A DNA stretch of 64,000 nt. Source: Octopus sinensis. Lineage: Eukaryota. Positions 53,655 to 64,000 of this stretch are shown in pieces. Below the pieces are notes generated by a model, which was given only the letters and a program-made list of their open reading frames with translations, had not been told where the DNA came from and made no database searches. The position numbers and the translations under genes are program-made. Numbering within the stretch: the stretch's first letter is position 1; every line of letters begins with the position of its first letter. Where the stretch lies: positions 22,382,001 to 22,446,000 of the forward strand of contig NC_043017.1 in assembly GCF_006345805.1 (NCBI RefSeq), read 5' to 3'.

Positions 53655-53680
53655 ACATATATATATATATGTGTGTGTAT

Positions 53681-53724
<44 letters not shown>

Positions 53725-53826
53725 GTGCATACACACACACACACCCAGACATCGACACATGCAGATTCAAATACACACACACACAAGGAAACAAAGGACT
53801 CAAAGATATTTTATATAAATTCACAT

Positions 53827-53919
<93 letters not shown>

Positions 53920-53930
53920 CATACACACCC
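53655..53930. repeat. (TA)n/(CA)n microsatellites
   Basis: Read directly. Confidence 0.9.
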
Positions 53931-55658
53931 ACACAGAGTCGTGTGTTTGTGTGTGTATGTACAGAAAAACAGATACAAAATACTTATTTCCGAAGGAAAC
54001 TCCCTAGTACTTAGATGTAAGATACAAAGTTCTTAAAATTATGTTGCAGTAACAAATTGGAGTTTGAATATCAAGTTCTTTCGTTTAGGGCCAAAAATAA
54101 TTTTGTTTTCTCAGAGGTGTTAATAACCAAAACAGATACACTACTTGTATCTGACACTCTAAGGAATCCACCGAAATTGGCAGAGTCAGTAGAATGCTTC
54201 GTAGTGTTTGTTCCAGTTCTCTTTGTTCTGAGTTCAAATGCCGTGAAGATCATTTATGCTTTACATCTTTTACAGATCCTTTAAAAGGTACCAAGCCAGA
54301 GTGATGGATTAGCAGTCATATTTGTTCCAGCTTTTTACATTCAAAGTTCAAATCCCATCTTAGCCTACCGGGGAAGTGGACTTACCTTGTCAACTAGCAG
54401 TTTAGAACAACCACCTGATTCTAGCAGATCTGACCATGCTGCAAACATTCAGACACAGGTGTCCAGTCTGAGGATAACTTCCTCCTTCACTCCTTTCCAC
54501 CAATCTAGGAGGCCTTGTGAATGGTCATCTCATAAAACAGCTTTGTCCAGCCATACACATATAAATACTGGTGCATTGTCAAAATTGACCAATGATAAAC
54601 ATTTTAAAAAAGATTTTTGTCTCCTAGAACTGAGGACAATATCAAGGCATTAGTATCAATGAGATCAAATGCTGGTTTATCTCAAATAATTGTCAGCCAA
54701 CTGAAAACCTCTATATGATGTTTGATTTAGAACAGAGATGGGGAGCCTGCAGCCTTAAGGGCACATGCAGCTTCCTGGCCATCAAGTGCGGCCGTCTGTG
54801 AGCATAGGTATATCTTCTTTCTATTTTGACATTGAACATTTTTTTGTCTAAAATCATTACATGCCCTAAACTAACAATACACACACACATAGACAAAAGG
54901 AAAGTTAACTGTGTTTAGTGATGTCACTCCCAGAGATTGGAAGCATTTTTCTTTGACCCCAATGAATTTAAACTCAAAGCAACAAATATATAAAGGTAAC
55001 AATTCCTTGTCAGTTACAGTAGCCTAGTAGGAATAAGTGACTTCATGTATGATACACAAAGAGTTCCCGCTTCGTCCACCTTTTCGTTGTGATCTATGCT
55101 ACGTACTTTACTTAGTAATTGCATAGTTGTGGCCAACATCTTACTGACTTGTTTTGTGAGGCTGAGTTAGTTATAGCCTTATTTGAAACCACAAATCCAG
55201 CAGTGCGTGCATTAAATTTACAGACTTGTTTTTTATCATTGAGACTTGGTAAGTGATACAGTGATCATATTCATTGCTACTCTGTTAAGCCAGCTACACA
55301 CTGCTTCAGGCAAAACGGTCTTAGGCAAGATACTATCAATCAGTATCCAAAACTATGTTCTTGGAATTTTGGAAATCATCGATATTTGACATTATTTCTG
55401 CAACAATTAGATAATGATAAATAATAGCACTAATTACAGGAAAAAAATATATTGCTAATCTAGGTATTGTTCAGTCTTGAATTGTAGGAACAATTGCTAA
55501 AGTCAAAACCAAAAACATGGTTTTGGATGCTAGTTAATCATGTCTTGTCTAAGGCTGTTGTATTTGGACCAGTGTGCGGCCAGGTTTACTAATTTATTAT
55601 TAAACTTTTATTTTTTTATGGTTTTCAGAATAAATACATTTCTTTTTAAGCCATAATT

Positions 55659-57376
55659 ATGTCAAAAAAATTGCAATGAACTTTGAAAGACGAAACAGGA
55701 TTTTCAATAAAGGATGGGAATTGCAAGATCGACTTTGCTTTTCATCCTTTTGGGGTCGATAAATTGAGTACCAGTAGCATACTGGGGTCAATTTAATCGA
55801 CTGACTCCCTCCTGCAAAATTTCGGGCCTTGTACCTAGAGTAGAAAAGAATATTTTTTGGTCAATAGCAGATGCAAAACACCTTGCTTGTTTTGTGATAC
55901 CGCAACTGTAGCGGTTAAGAAATTCAATGCACAGCAACATTATGCTTCTTCATAAAGACAATAACTATACCAAATTAGAGGGTGAGTCTCGAAAGATAGC
56001 AGTGCAGAAATTGAAAGATAGAAAACAAAAGCAAAGACAATTTTTCCAGTCTGTGTTGCATCAAGGGAATGCTGCAACAGAAGCCAGCTATAAAGTTGCA
56101 GATTTGTTTGGGAAAAAGGGTAAGCCATTCAGCGATGCAGAACTCATAAAGAAATGTATTTCAGAAGTGGTAGGATGTATAGATCCCTATAAAGTTAATA
56201 AATATAAAGAGATGCTTCTTTTAAGAAGGACTAATACCGATCGACAGCATGAATTGGTCTGTAATGTAACAAAGCACTTGAAACATATAATCCAAAAAGA
56301 AAATGTATATTGCTCAAGAGCTTTGGATGAATTGACAGATTTCACAGATTCAGAACAGGTATTGTATTTTATTCGTGCTATAACTGATGATTTTCAATTA
56401 AATGAAGAATTATTTGCTTTGGGCATCCTTAAAGGAAGGACGTGAGGGATAGAAATTTTTAACAACTTCAAAGAGAAATGGCATGAAAACTAGGTTTTGC
56501 TAATTTGTTAAGTGTGTGACCGGATGGTGCCTCAGCTATGGTGGCTGAAAATGAAGGATTTATTGCACGTTTTAAAATTACGCTGGTTGTCACAAGGGAA
56601 AGTATTGGTCAAAATTTTGTTTTTACGAAGGCAAATAATTGACTTTTTCAAAGAAAAAACAATGAACATTGTGATTTATCAGATACGAATTTTTACAGAG
56701 ATGTTGCATTTTTATGTGATGTGATGTCGAAACAAAATGAGTAAAAACATTTCCTTGCAAGGCAAAAATAACTGTATTTATGATATGTGGCAAATAAGTT
56801 GGGCATTTAGAAAACAATTGTCGTTATACAAGTTCCTATTGGCTCAATCAAAACTTTCAGAAGAACACTTTCCTCAGCTTATGAAGGTAATGAGTGAAAA
56901 TGAAGAAGATATCTATGAGTCTTTTGAAGAATACGAGTCAGTTTTAGACTCATAAAAAAAAGAATTAAATAAAAGATTCAATGATTTTGGAAAACATAAC
57001 ACCACTCTGAAACTTGCTTTCAGCTTCACTTAGTCGATGCTTCAGAGGCTCCTGAAGAGTTACAAATGGAGCTTATTGAAACATCTGAAGATAATATCCT
57101 GAAATCTCTGTTTGACAAAAGGGAAAATCCAATTGAAATTTGGAAAAATGTGGTAGAATATCTTATCTTTGTGAACATACACACCAACTAATTACCTGCT
57201 GTTCTTCAGCATACTCTTGTGAATCCACATTCCTGTACTTGACGCAAATCAAGAATTCACTGAGAATACAATTGATAGATAAGCATTTGGGGGACCAATT
57301 GAAACTAGGAAGCACCATGTTAAAGCCTGATATCAAAATGCTTTCTGGAAAAAAGCAAATTCAAAGAAGTCATTAA
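55659..57376 (+). pseudogene. hAT transposase pseudogene (GTF2IRD2/EPM2AIP1-like)
   Basis: BED finger YFLVNSRCKTPCLFCDTATVAVKKFNAQQHY; ASYKVA..GKKGKPFSDAELIKKC; ALDELTD (first D); TDGASAM (frameshifted); RWLSQGKVL; CESTF..IKNSLR..L.D.HL..PDI..Q.Q.SH*. Interrupted by stops, frameshifts and a SINE B fragment (~55736-55850). Confidence 0.93.
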
Positions 57377-57390
57377 TTTGTATAAATAGT

Positions 57391-57768
57391 AGGAGTGGCT
57401 GTGTGGTAAGTAGCTTGTTTACCAACAACATGGTTCTGGGTTCAGTCCCACTGTGTGGCACCTTGGGCAAGTGTCTTCTACTATAGCCTTGTGTGTGGAT
57501 TTGATAGATGGAAACTGAAAGAAGCACGTCGTATATATATATATATATATATATGCGTGTATGTTTGTGTGTCTGTGTTTGTCCCATCCAACATCGCTTG
57601 ACAACCAATGTTGGTGTGTTTATGTCCCCGTCACTTAGCGATTCGGCAAAAGAGACTGATAGAATAAGTACTAGGCTTACAAAGAATAAGTCCCGGTGTC
57701 GAGTTGCTCGATTAAAGGCGGTGCTCCAGCATGGCCGCAGTCAAATGACTGAAACAAGTAAAAGAGTA
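57391..57768 (+). mobile_element. SINE family A inserted just after the transposase stop codon
   Basis: Near-complete copy with a small internal deletion. Confidence 0.92.
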
Positions 57769-58044
57769 CTTAATTGCCCAAATAAAATATTTGGAAATGG
57801 CTTGCTTTCAATATTATTCATTTACTTATTATTTGTATAAAAGTACTTAAATAAAATATTTGAAAAGTCATGCTTTCCATTTCTGTCTTTCTTTTATTAG
57901 ATTATTGATAAATTATTTAAAGGATAAAACATCTTAAAAAAAGAAAATAATTCGTTCAATGCAGCCTCTATGTGGGATGGTGAATTGTAGGGTGGCCGTC
58001 ACACACAAAAAGGTTCCCCATCCCTGATCTATAACAAGATGACG

Positions 58045-58305
58045 TTCTTGTGTTCTTCACAGGTCTTTTCTAACGTTGATGCTATTAACGTCCTGCTTAA
58101 ATTGTTCTAAGTCAACAACTTCATCAAAGATGTACAAGGATAGAATCCCATCAGAGCAGGATCTCTGGAATGCCCTCCCCTGTTATGCTTATCCTGCAGG
58201 TATCAACTTCCAACAACTTAAATAGAACATTAACAACGTCAGTCTCATCAGTGTCAGAGGATCTGCCAAGACCATGGATACTTTCCTACCCCTCCCTCCA
58301 GTCCC
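58045..58305 (+). mobile_element. Decayed CR1/L2-group LINE 3' end
   Basis: LWNALPCYAYPAGINFQQLK*NIN resembles the LWN.LP..FP..Y.L..FK..VN terminus; an A-rich tail follows. Confidence 0.6.
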
Positions 58306-58587
58306 AGCTAATTGAAAAAATATAAAAAAGAAAACAGATCTAATATCACCAGAAAATATTAGCACAGAATAACAGTTTCAAATTCTCGCATGTGGCCTTC
58401 AGATTTTGAGGGGAGGGTGCTAGTCGGTTACATGTTACACAAGTACATGGCTGGTAGTTATTTTACCAACACAGAAAGGGTGAAGAGCAAAGTTAACCCT
58501 GGTGGAGTTTCAACTCAGGACATAAAGTATTTTGTCAAGTGTGCAAACGATTCTGCAAACTCACCACCTTATTCGGGCAAAGTCATC

Positions 58588-59070
58588 ATCATCATCATCA
58601 TCATCGTCATCGTTTAATGTCCGCTTTCCATGCTAGCATGGGTTGGATGATTTGACTGAGGACTGGCGAACCAGATGGCTGCACCAGGCTCTAATCTTGA
58701 TCTGGAAGAATTTCTACAGCTGGATGCCCTTCCTAATGCCAACCACTCTCAGAGTGTAGTGGGTACTTTTACATGCCACCAGCACAAAGGCAAGTCAGGC
58801 ATAATTATGTCAAAAAAATTGCAATGAACTTTGAAAGACGAAACAGGATTTTCAATAAAGGATGGGAATTGCAAGATCGACTTTGCTTTTCATCCTTTTG
58901 GGGTCGATAAATTGAGTACCAGTAGCATACTGGGGTCAATTTAATCGACTGACTCCCTCCTGCAAAATTTCGGGCCTTGTACCTAGAGTAGAAAAGAATA
59001 TTTTTTGGTCAATAGCAGATGCAAAACGGTGTTTTTTACATGCCACCTGCACAGTAGCCAGTCCAGTGTA
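58588..59070 (-). mobile_element. Family C copy interrupted by a 228-bp templated insertion (58800-59027)
   Basis: C sequence on both sides; the insert is identical to 55652-55879. Confidence 0.9.
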
Positions 59071-59222
59071 GCACCAACATCTCTAATACCATCACCACCA
59101 CTACAACATAATTACCAATAAGCTGTCTTTTCATAACAATTATTTTGTTTCCACCTTTATGGCCTCCTCATCTCAGCATCATTGTAAAATAACTATCATA
59201 TTGATCTATTCATCAGTTACAG

Positions 59223-59987
59223 CAGTGATTCTCAACAGGGGTCCATATGGCTCTTGTAGGGGATGGGTGGGTCCACATAAGATTTTGTTGTTATGATTTA
59301 TCTGCAATAAATTGGCTATATTTCTACAATACACAGAATATTTCAGCAATTTTTCCTAACGAATGGTTGTTCCCACCTCAAAGAGGTCGTTCCGTATAGG
59401 ACACTGCTATTACTCTTTTTTAATGACACACTATCTGTGTCTGTTACACTACAAACAAAGGAATGAACAACTCGCATCCAGCATTGACAGGAACCAACAG
59501 ACCGACTGGTTCCTGGGTGCTACTCTTCCTCAACACTGGTTATACCTGTCTGCTAGACATGGCAGTTGTTCGTCCCAGCTCACAATATAGAAACAAACAA
59601 GTGACACACAGCCACTGATCTGTCAGAATTAGCTAACTTTTTTATACGTTTCCTAATTTATTTATTTTATTTTATTTTATTTTATTTTATCTAGTTTCAG
59701 CTCACGAACTGTGGCCATGCTGGGGCACCACTATTTGGTGTTGCTACATGATTTTACTTCACGAATGCTTTTTAGCAATTGCCATTTGGTGCATGAGAGA
59801 GTTCAATGCAGCTGCCCTCATCTGCACCTCCTGCCGTGAAGTTGGTTCATCTGGGACACCTGACAGGATGAGATCTAATTATAAAAATATAATAGGAGTT
59901 TTTTAACATCAAATGGCTATAGGGAATCCCTAAAAGTAAAATAAGAATCAAAAAGGTCCACAGGTAAAAAATGGTTGAGAAACACTG
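59223..59987. mobile_element. hAT MITE (same family as 8691-9345) with nested insertions
   Basis: TIRs cagtgattctcaac and gttgagaaacactg; TSD agttacag/ggttacag (7/8). Confidence 0.88.
59657..59878 (-). mobile_element. LINE 3' end (CR1/L2-like group) with an (AAAAT)n tail
   Basis: The minus strand encodes LSGVPDEPTSRQEVQMRAAALNSLMHQMAIAKKHS* (PD.P...RAA..NSL..Q terminus), then the 3'UTR ggtgccccagcatggccacagttcgtgagctgaaactag. Confidence 0.75.
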
Positions 59988-60423
59988 GGTTACAGCATTA
60001 AAACGTCCCCTAAAAATTCAACTTCAGTCGCCCTCCTAAATTTTACCATCCTTACACTGATCTTCCATAAGAAAAGAAAAATTTACCAAAATAAATATAT
60101 AAAATATACCAATCTTGAATATATTGAATTTTGTTCAGTAACCAATTAGATATTGGAAATAACAAGTTAATTAAATAATTAATTAAATAACTAATTAATT
60201 AATTAAATCTTAGTTTTCTCTATTTCTTTAGTATTACATATGTGTGTAATTTTCCGTTTAGCCAATCAAATTTTTCCACAGCTAATGACAAATTCCATCA
60301 TGTGCTTTTAGCCAACACGACATCTTCCATCAGTTACCAAAAATCTATAAAACAAATCTCTTTCTGCGTCTCTCAATGAAGTCAAGATAACCTTTCCAAT
60401 ATCGTTACATGCAAATATCTTAC

Positions 60424-60588
60424 TTTGGTGGCATGTTACCACCCCACTCTTCAACCACCATTATTGAAGTACTCAAATTTAAATTAAAAATCATAACTGA
60501 ACTCTCATTATTACATGCATGACAACGCATGATTTCAACGAAGTGGGATGGGCTCAGTTGGAACGCCTTCAGCCATATATCTGCTTGA
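60424..60588 (-). CDS. Candidate internal exon (165 nt, phase 2-2) of an unidentified gene
   Basis: Acceptor cactgttcttgtttaacctcAG, donor AA|GTAAGA, open frame xQADIWLKAFQLSPSHFVEIMRCHACNNESSVMIFNLNLSTSIMVVEEWGGNMPPx. No recognisable homology. Confidence 0.3.
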
Positions 60589-61278
60589 CTGAGGTTAAAC
60601 AAGAACAGTGATTAATAATTGTAAAGTAATTTTACTAAACTCCTTTCAAATTCTTAATTATATTTAGAATTAATTAAACAAATAGCCAATGTATTGTTGT
60701 TAGAACAAAAGAACTGCCAGAGTTTTATTAAAACTATTTTGATTCTTTTACATCAAGTATTTTTTTCATGAGCAATTTCATTGGCAGTTATAGATTTCCA
60801 ACTGACCAATCACTTGTTCACTTCATTTCTATTGTTAAGAACGACAAAGGAGTATTTGTAGAATAAATACTACAAGTTATTTTTGCTTGATGTATTGGTT
60901 TGTTTCTCAGTGATGCATATATCTTTCACCTATGCACACGTTCAGGCGTGGCTGTGTGGTTATGAAGTTTAGTTTGCAACCATGTTGTTCCAGGTTCAAT
61001 CCCACTGAGCAGCATCTGGCCAACCAATGCCTTGTGAGTAAATTTGGTAGGTAAAAACTGTTTGGAAACCTGTCATGTGTGTGTGTGTGTGTGTGCGTGC
61101 ATGCACCACTACTGCGTGACTACTGGTGTTGGTATGTTTATGTCCCAATAACAAAGTAGTTTGACAGAATAAGAACAAGACTTAAAAGAAGTGCAGGGGT
61201 TCACTTCTTTAACTAAACTCTTCAAGGTGTAGCTTCAGTCTGGTCATAGTCCAATGAATGGAACAAATAAAAGATGAA

Positions 61279-61319
<41 letters not shown>

Positions 61320-61320
61320 T

Positions 61321-61876
61321 AGGCATAGGAGTGGCTGTGTGGTAAGTAGCTTGGTTACCAACCACATGGTTCCGGGTTCAGTCCCACTGCATGACAACTT
61401 GGGCAAGTGTCTTCTGCTATAGCCTCGGGCTGACCAAAACGTTGTGAGTGGATTTGGTAGACAGAAACTGAAAGAAGCCCGTCACATATATGTATTTGAC
61501 TGTGGCCATGCTGGAGCTCCGCCTTTAATCGAGCAAATTGACCCCAGGACTTATTCTTTGTAAGCCTAGTACTTATTCTATTGGTCTATTTTGTCGAACC
61601 GCTAAGTTACGGGGACGTAAATACATCAGCACCGGTTGTCAAATGATGTTGGAGGACAATCACAGACACACAGGCACACACACACACACACATACATATA
61701 TATACATATATACGACGGCCTTCTTTCAGTTTCCATCTACCAAATCCATTCACAAGGTTTTGGTTGGCCCAAGGCTATAGTAGAAGATACTTGGCCAAGG
61801 TGCCACGCAGTGGGACTGAACCTGGAACCATGTGGCTGGTAAGCAAGCTACTTACCACACAACCACTCCTGTGCCT
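61321..61876. mobile_element. SINE A 5' half (plus strand, 61321-61492) abutting a near-full SINE A (minus strand, 61493-61876)
   Basis: Heads at both outer ends, in opposite orientations. Confidence 0.88.
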
Positions 61877-62342
61877 ATACTTCATAGATATTCGCCAAAA
61901 TATCACAGAAAGAACAACAACTGGGAATTTGGCAGTTTTTGAATAAATCCTAGTCATAGGAATACTTCTGGAACTGAGCATCACTTTCGATGAGAAATAT
62001 TTGGGTGAAGCTACATAAAAACAGCAATGTGATATCAATAATATAAAACTGAATGCAAGAGGGGAAACAAAGTGCAATATTGTAATAATGGTATACTTAA
62101 AAAAGCACTGAAGAAGATTCTTTCTTAAGAAAAATAGAATGTGGCCAACAAATATAATTATATAGCATACATACATATATATAGTCTCACCACTAAGATG
62201 TTTGGAGAACTCATATGTGTTTTAGCTGATGAGTACGGGACACTTGTATTTGCTGCAATATTTGTAGCTTTTAATAAAGCCTGTCTTTGTATGAGACAAT
62301 TGTACTAAAAAACTAATCCATTCTTGTTGCTTTTTTCTCGGT

Positions 62343-62374
<32 letters not shown>

Positions 62375-62526
62375 ATTAGGGTTCAGCAAAAATATTTGCT
62401 TTACCACAGAACCCTAATTATATAAAGTAATGTTTAAATTTACCATAAATGGTCGTTTTACATACTGAACACTGCTTGGTAAAATTATTAATTACTAATT
62501 AATTAATTTTATCCTTTATTATTATT

Positions 62527-62530
<4 letters not shown>

Positions 62531-62557
<27 letters not shown>

Positions 62558-62912
62558 AGAGGTTTTAAATACATACTTATATGTCCGTACATCTTCAGTG
62601 GTATATAATGATATATGTATGAATGGATGTATGCATAAAATGACCGACTGGATAAACTGTTTTGCTACCCGCATATAGGTCATGAGATCAGATCTGGTAT
62701 TTTTCTAGTAATAATACTTAGGATTATGTTGCCGCACTTCACATAGTTATCAAGAATAAGTAAGAGATCATCTGGGGATGTTACTGCGATATCTCATCTG
62801 CTTAATACCATGGAAACCTTCAGATTACAGAAACCTTTTGAAATCCCTTTGGGCTTGTAAAGCATTTTAGCATCTACTCTATACCCCCATAAATATATAC
62901 ACACACACACAG

Positions 62913-62945
<33 letters not shown>

Positions 62946-63053
62946 CACACACCGACATAAATACATACATACATACATACATACATACAGAAACTCACAC
63001 ACATAAATATATATGTAACTATAAATGTTAGTGTGTGTATATGTATATAAATT

Positions 63054-63093
<40 letters not shown>

Positions 63094-63630
63094 TGTGCAT
63101 GCATATGTACATACATACAATCACACAGAGATATATATGTATACACACACATATATATATATATAATATATATATATATATATAAGAGGTTTTAAATACA
63201 TACTTATATGTCCGTACATCTTCAGTGGTATATAATGATATATGTATGAATGGATGTATGCATAAAATGACCGACTGGATAAACTGTTTTGCTACCCGCA
63301 TATAGGTCATGAGATCAGATCTGGTATTTTTCTAGTAATAATACTTAGGATTATGTTGCCGCACTTCACATAGTTATCAAGAATAAGTAAGAGATCATCT
63401 GGGGATGTTACTGCGATATCTCATCTGCTTAATACCATGGAAACCTTCAGATTACAGAAACCTTTTGAAATCCCTTTGGGCTTGTAAAGCATTTTAGCAT
63501 CTACTCTATACCCCCATAAATATATACACACACCGACATAAATACATACATACATACATACATACAGAAACTCACACACATAAATATATATGTAACTATA
63601 AATGTTAGTGTGTGTATATGTATATAAATT

Positions 63631-63670
<40 letters not shown>

Positions 63671-63734
63671 TGTGCATGCATATGTACATACATACAATCA
63701 CACAGAGATATATATGTATACACACACATATATA
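62531..63734. repeat. Tandem duplication of a ~600-bp unit bounded by (TA)n
   Basis: The unique ~330-bp segment at 62558 recurs at 63185 (offset 627) with no differences seen; the copies differ only in microsatellite length. Confidence 0.95.
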
Positions 63735-64000
63735 AATATATACTCATACATATGTATTTATATTTTTACACATACATATGCACATAAATTATCAGTGAGC
63801 TAATACTTACTCTAACGAACTTGCATGAATCAAATGAGAGTAAACTGGAATAGAGTTTTTCTACAGCATTCAGTTGTCAAACCCACATGCTTCCAAATGA
63901 AGTAATAATCTTCCAGTCTATTGAGCAGCAAACAGCCTTAACCCATTAGTGTTTGCATTATTCTACAAAAATTAATACTTTTTCATCCACTTTATTTTGA

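Larger units (their letters stand above)
54733..58026 (+). mobile_element. hAT DNA transposon (Buster/Charlie/SPIN type), full length but decayed
   Basis: TIRs cagagatggggagcct (54733-54748) and aggttccccatccctg (58011-58026) match 14/16. The 8-bp flanks atttagaa and atctataa each differ by one base from ATCTAGAA, the Buster nnnTAnnn target. Confidence 0.92.

Noticed and set aside
62371-62422. 14-bp inverted repeat with an inner hairpin next to (TA)n
   Set aside because: Most simply a collapsed TA-targeting MITE; too short to classify.

Overview
AT-rich, repeat-saturated eukaryotic DNA with no recognisable host protein-coding gene, probably intronic or intergenic. The repeat set suggests a coleoid cephalopod, probably Octopus (inference): tRNA-derived SINEs including an Arg-type full-length copy, Dong/R4, CR1-like and Penelope-like remnants, and dense (TA)n/(CA)n/(AAT)n arrays. 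Almost all ORFs in the track are microsatellite or SINE by-products. Supported features are: at least five short-retroposon families (my labels A-E), a full-length but decayed hAT Buster/Charlie element with TIRs and an 8-bp TSD (54733-58026), hAT and piggyBac-like MITEs, a non-autonomous Helitron, LINE 3' fragments, a 77-bp minisatellite and several long fold-back palindromes. The most interesting observations are: hammerhead-ribozyme-like cores (42353-42456, 5295-5340, 4637-4676); a head-to-head palindromic tRNA-head/Penelope-tail composite hit by a Dong element; a LINE 3' end that shares the tail of the dominant SINE; a perfect 228-bp microhomology-flanked templated insertion; and minus-strand splice-signal candidates (9-nt microexon, AG/GT recursive sites, one symmetric 165-nt exon). 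All alignments and folds were done by eye.
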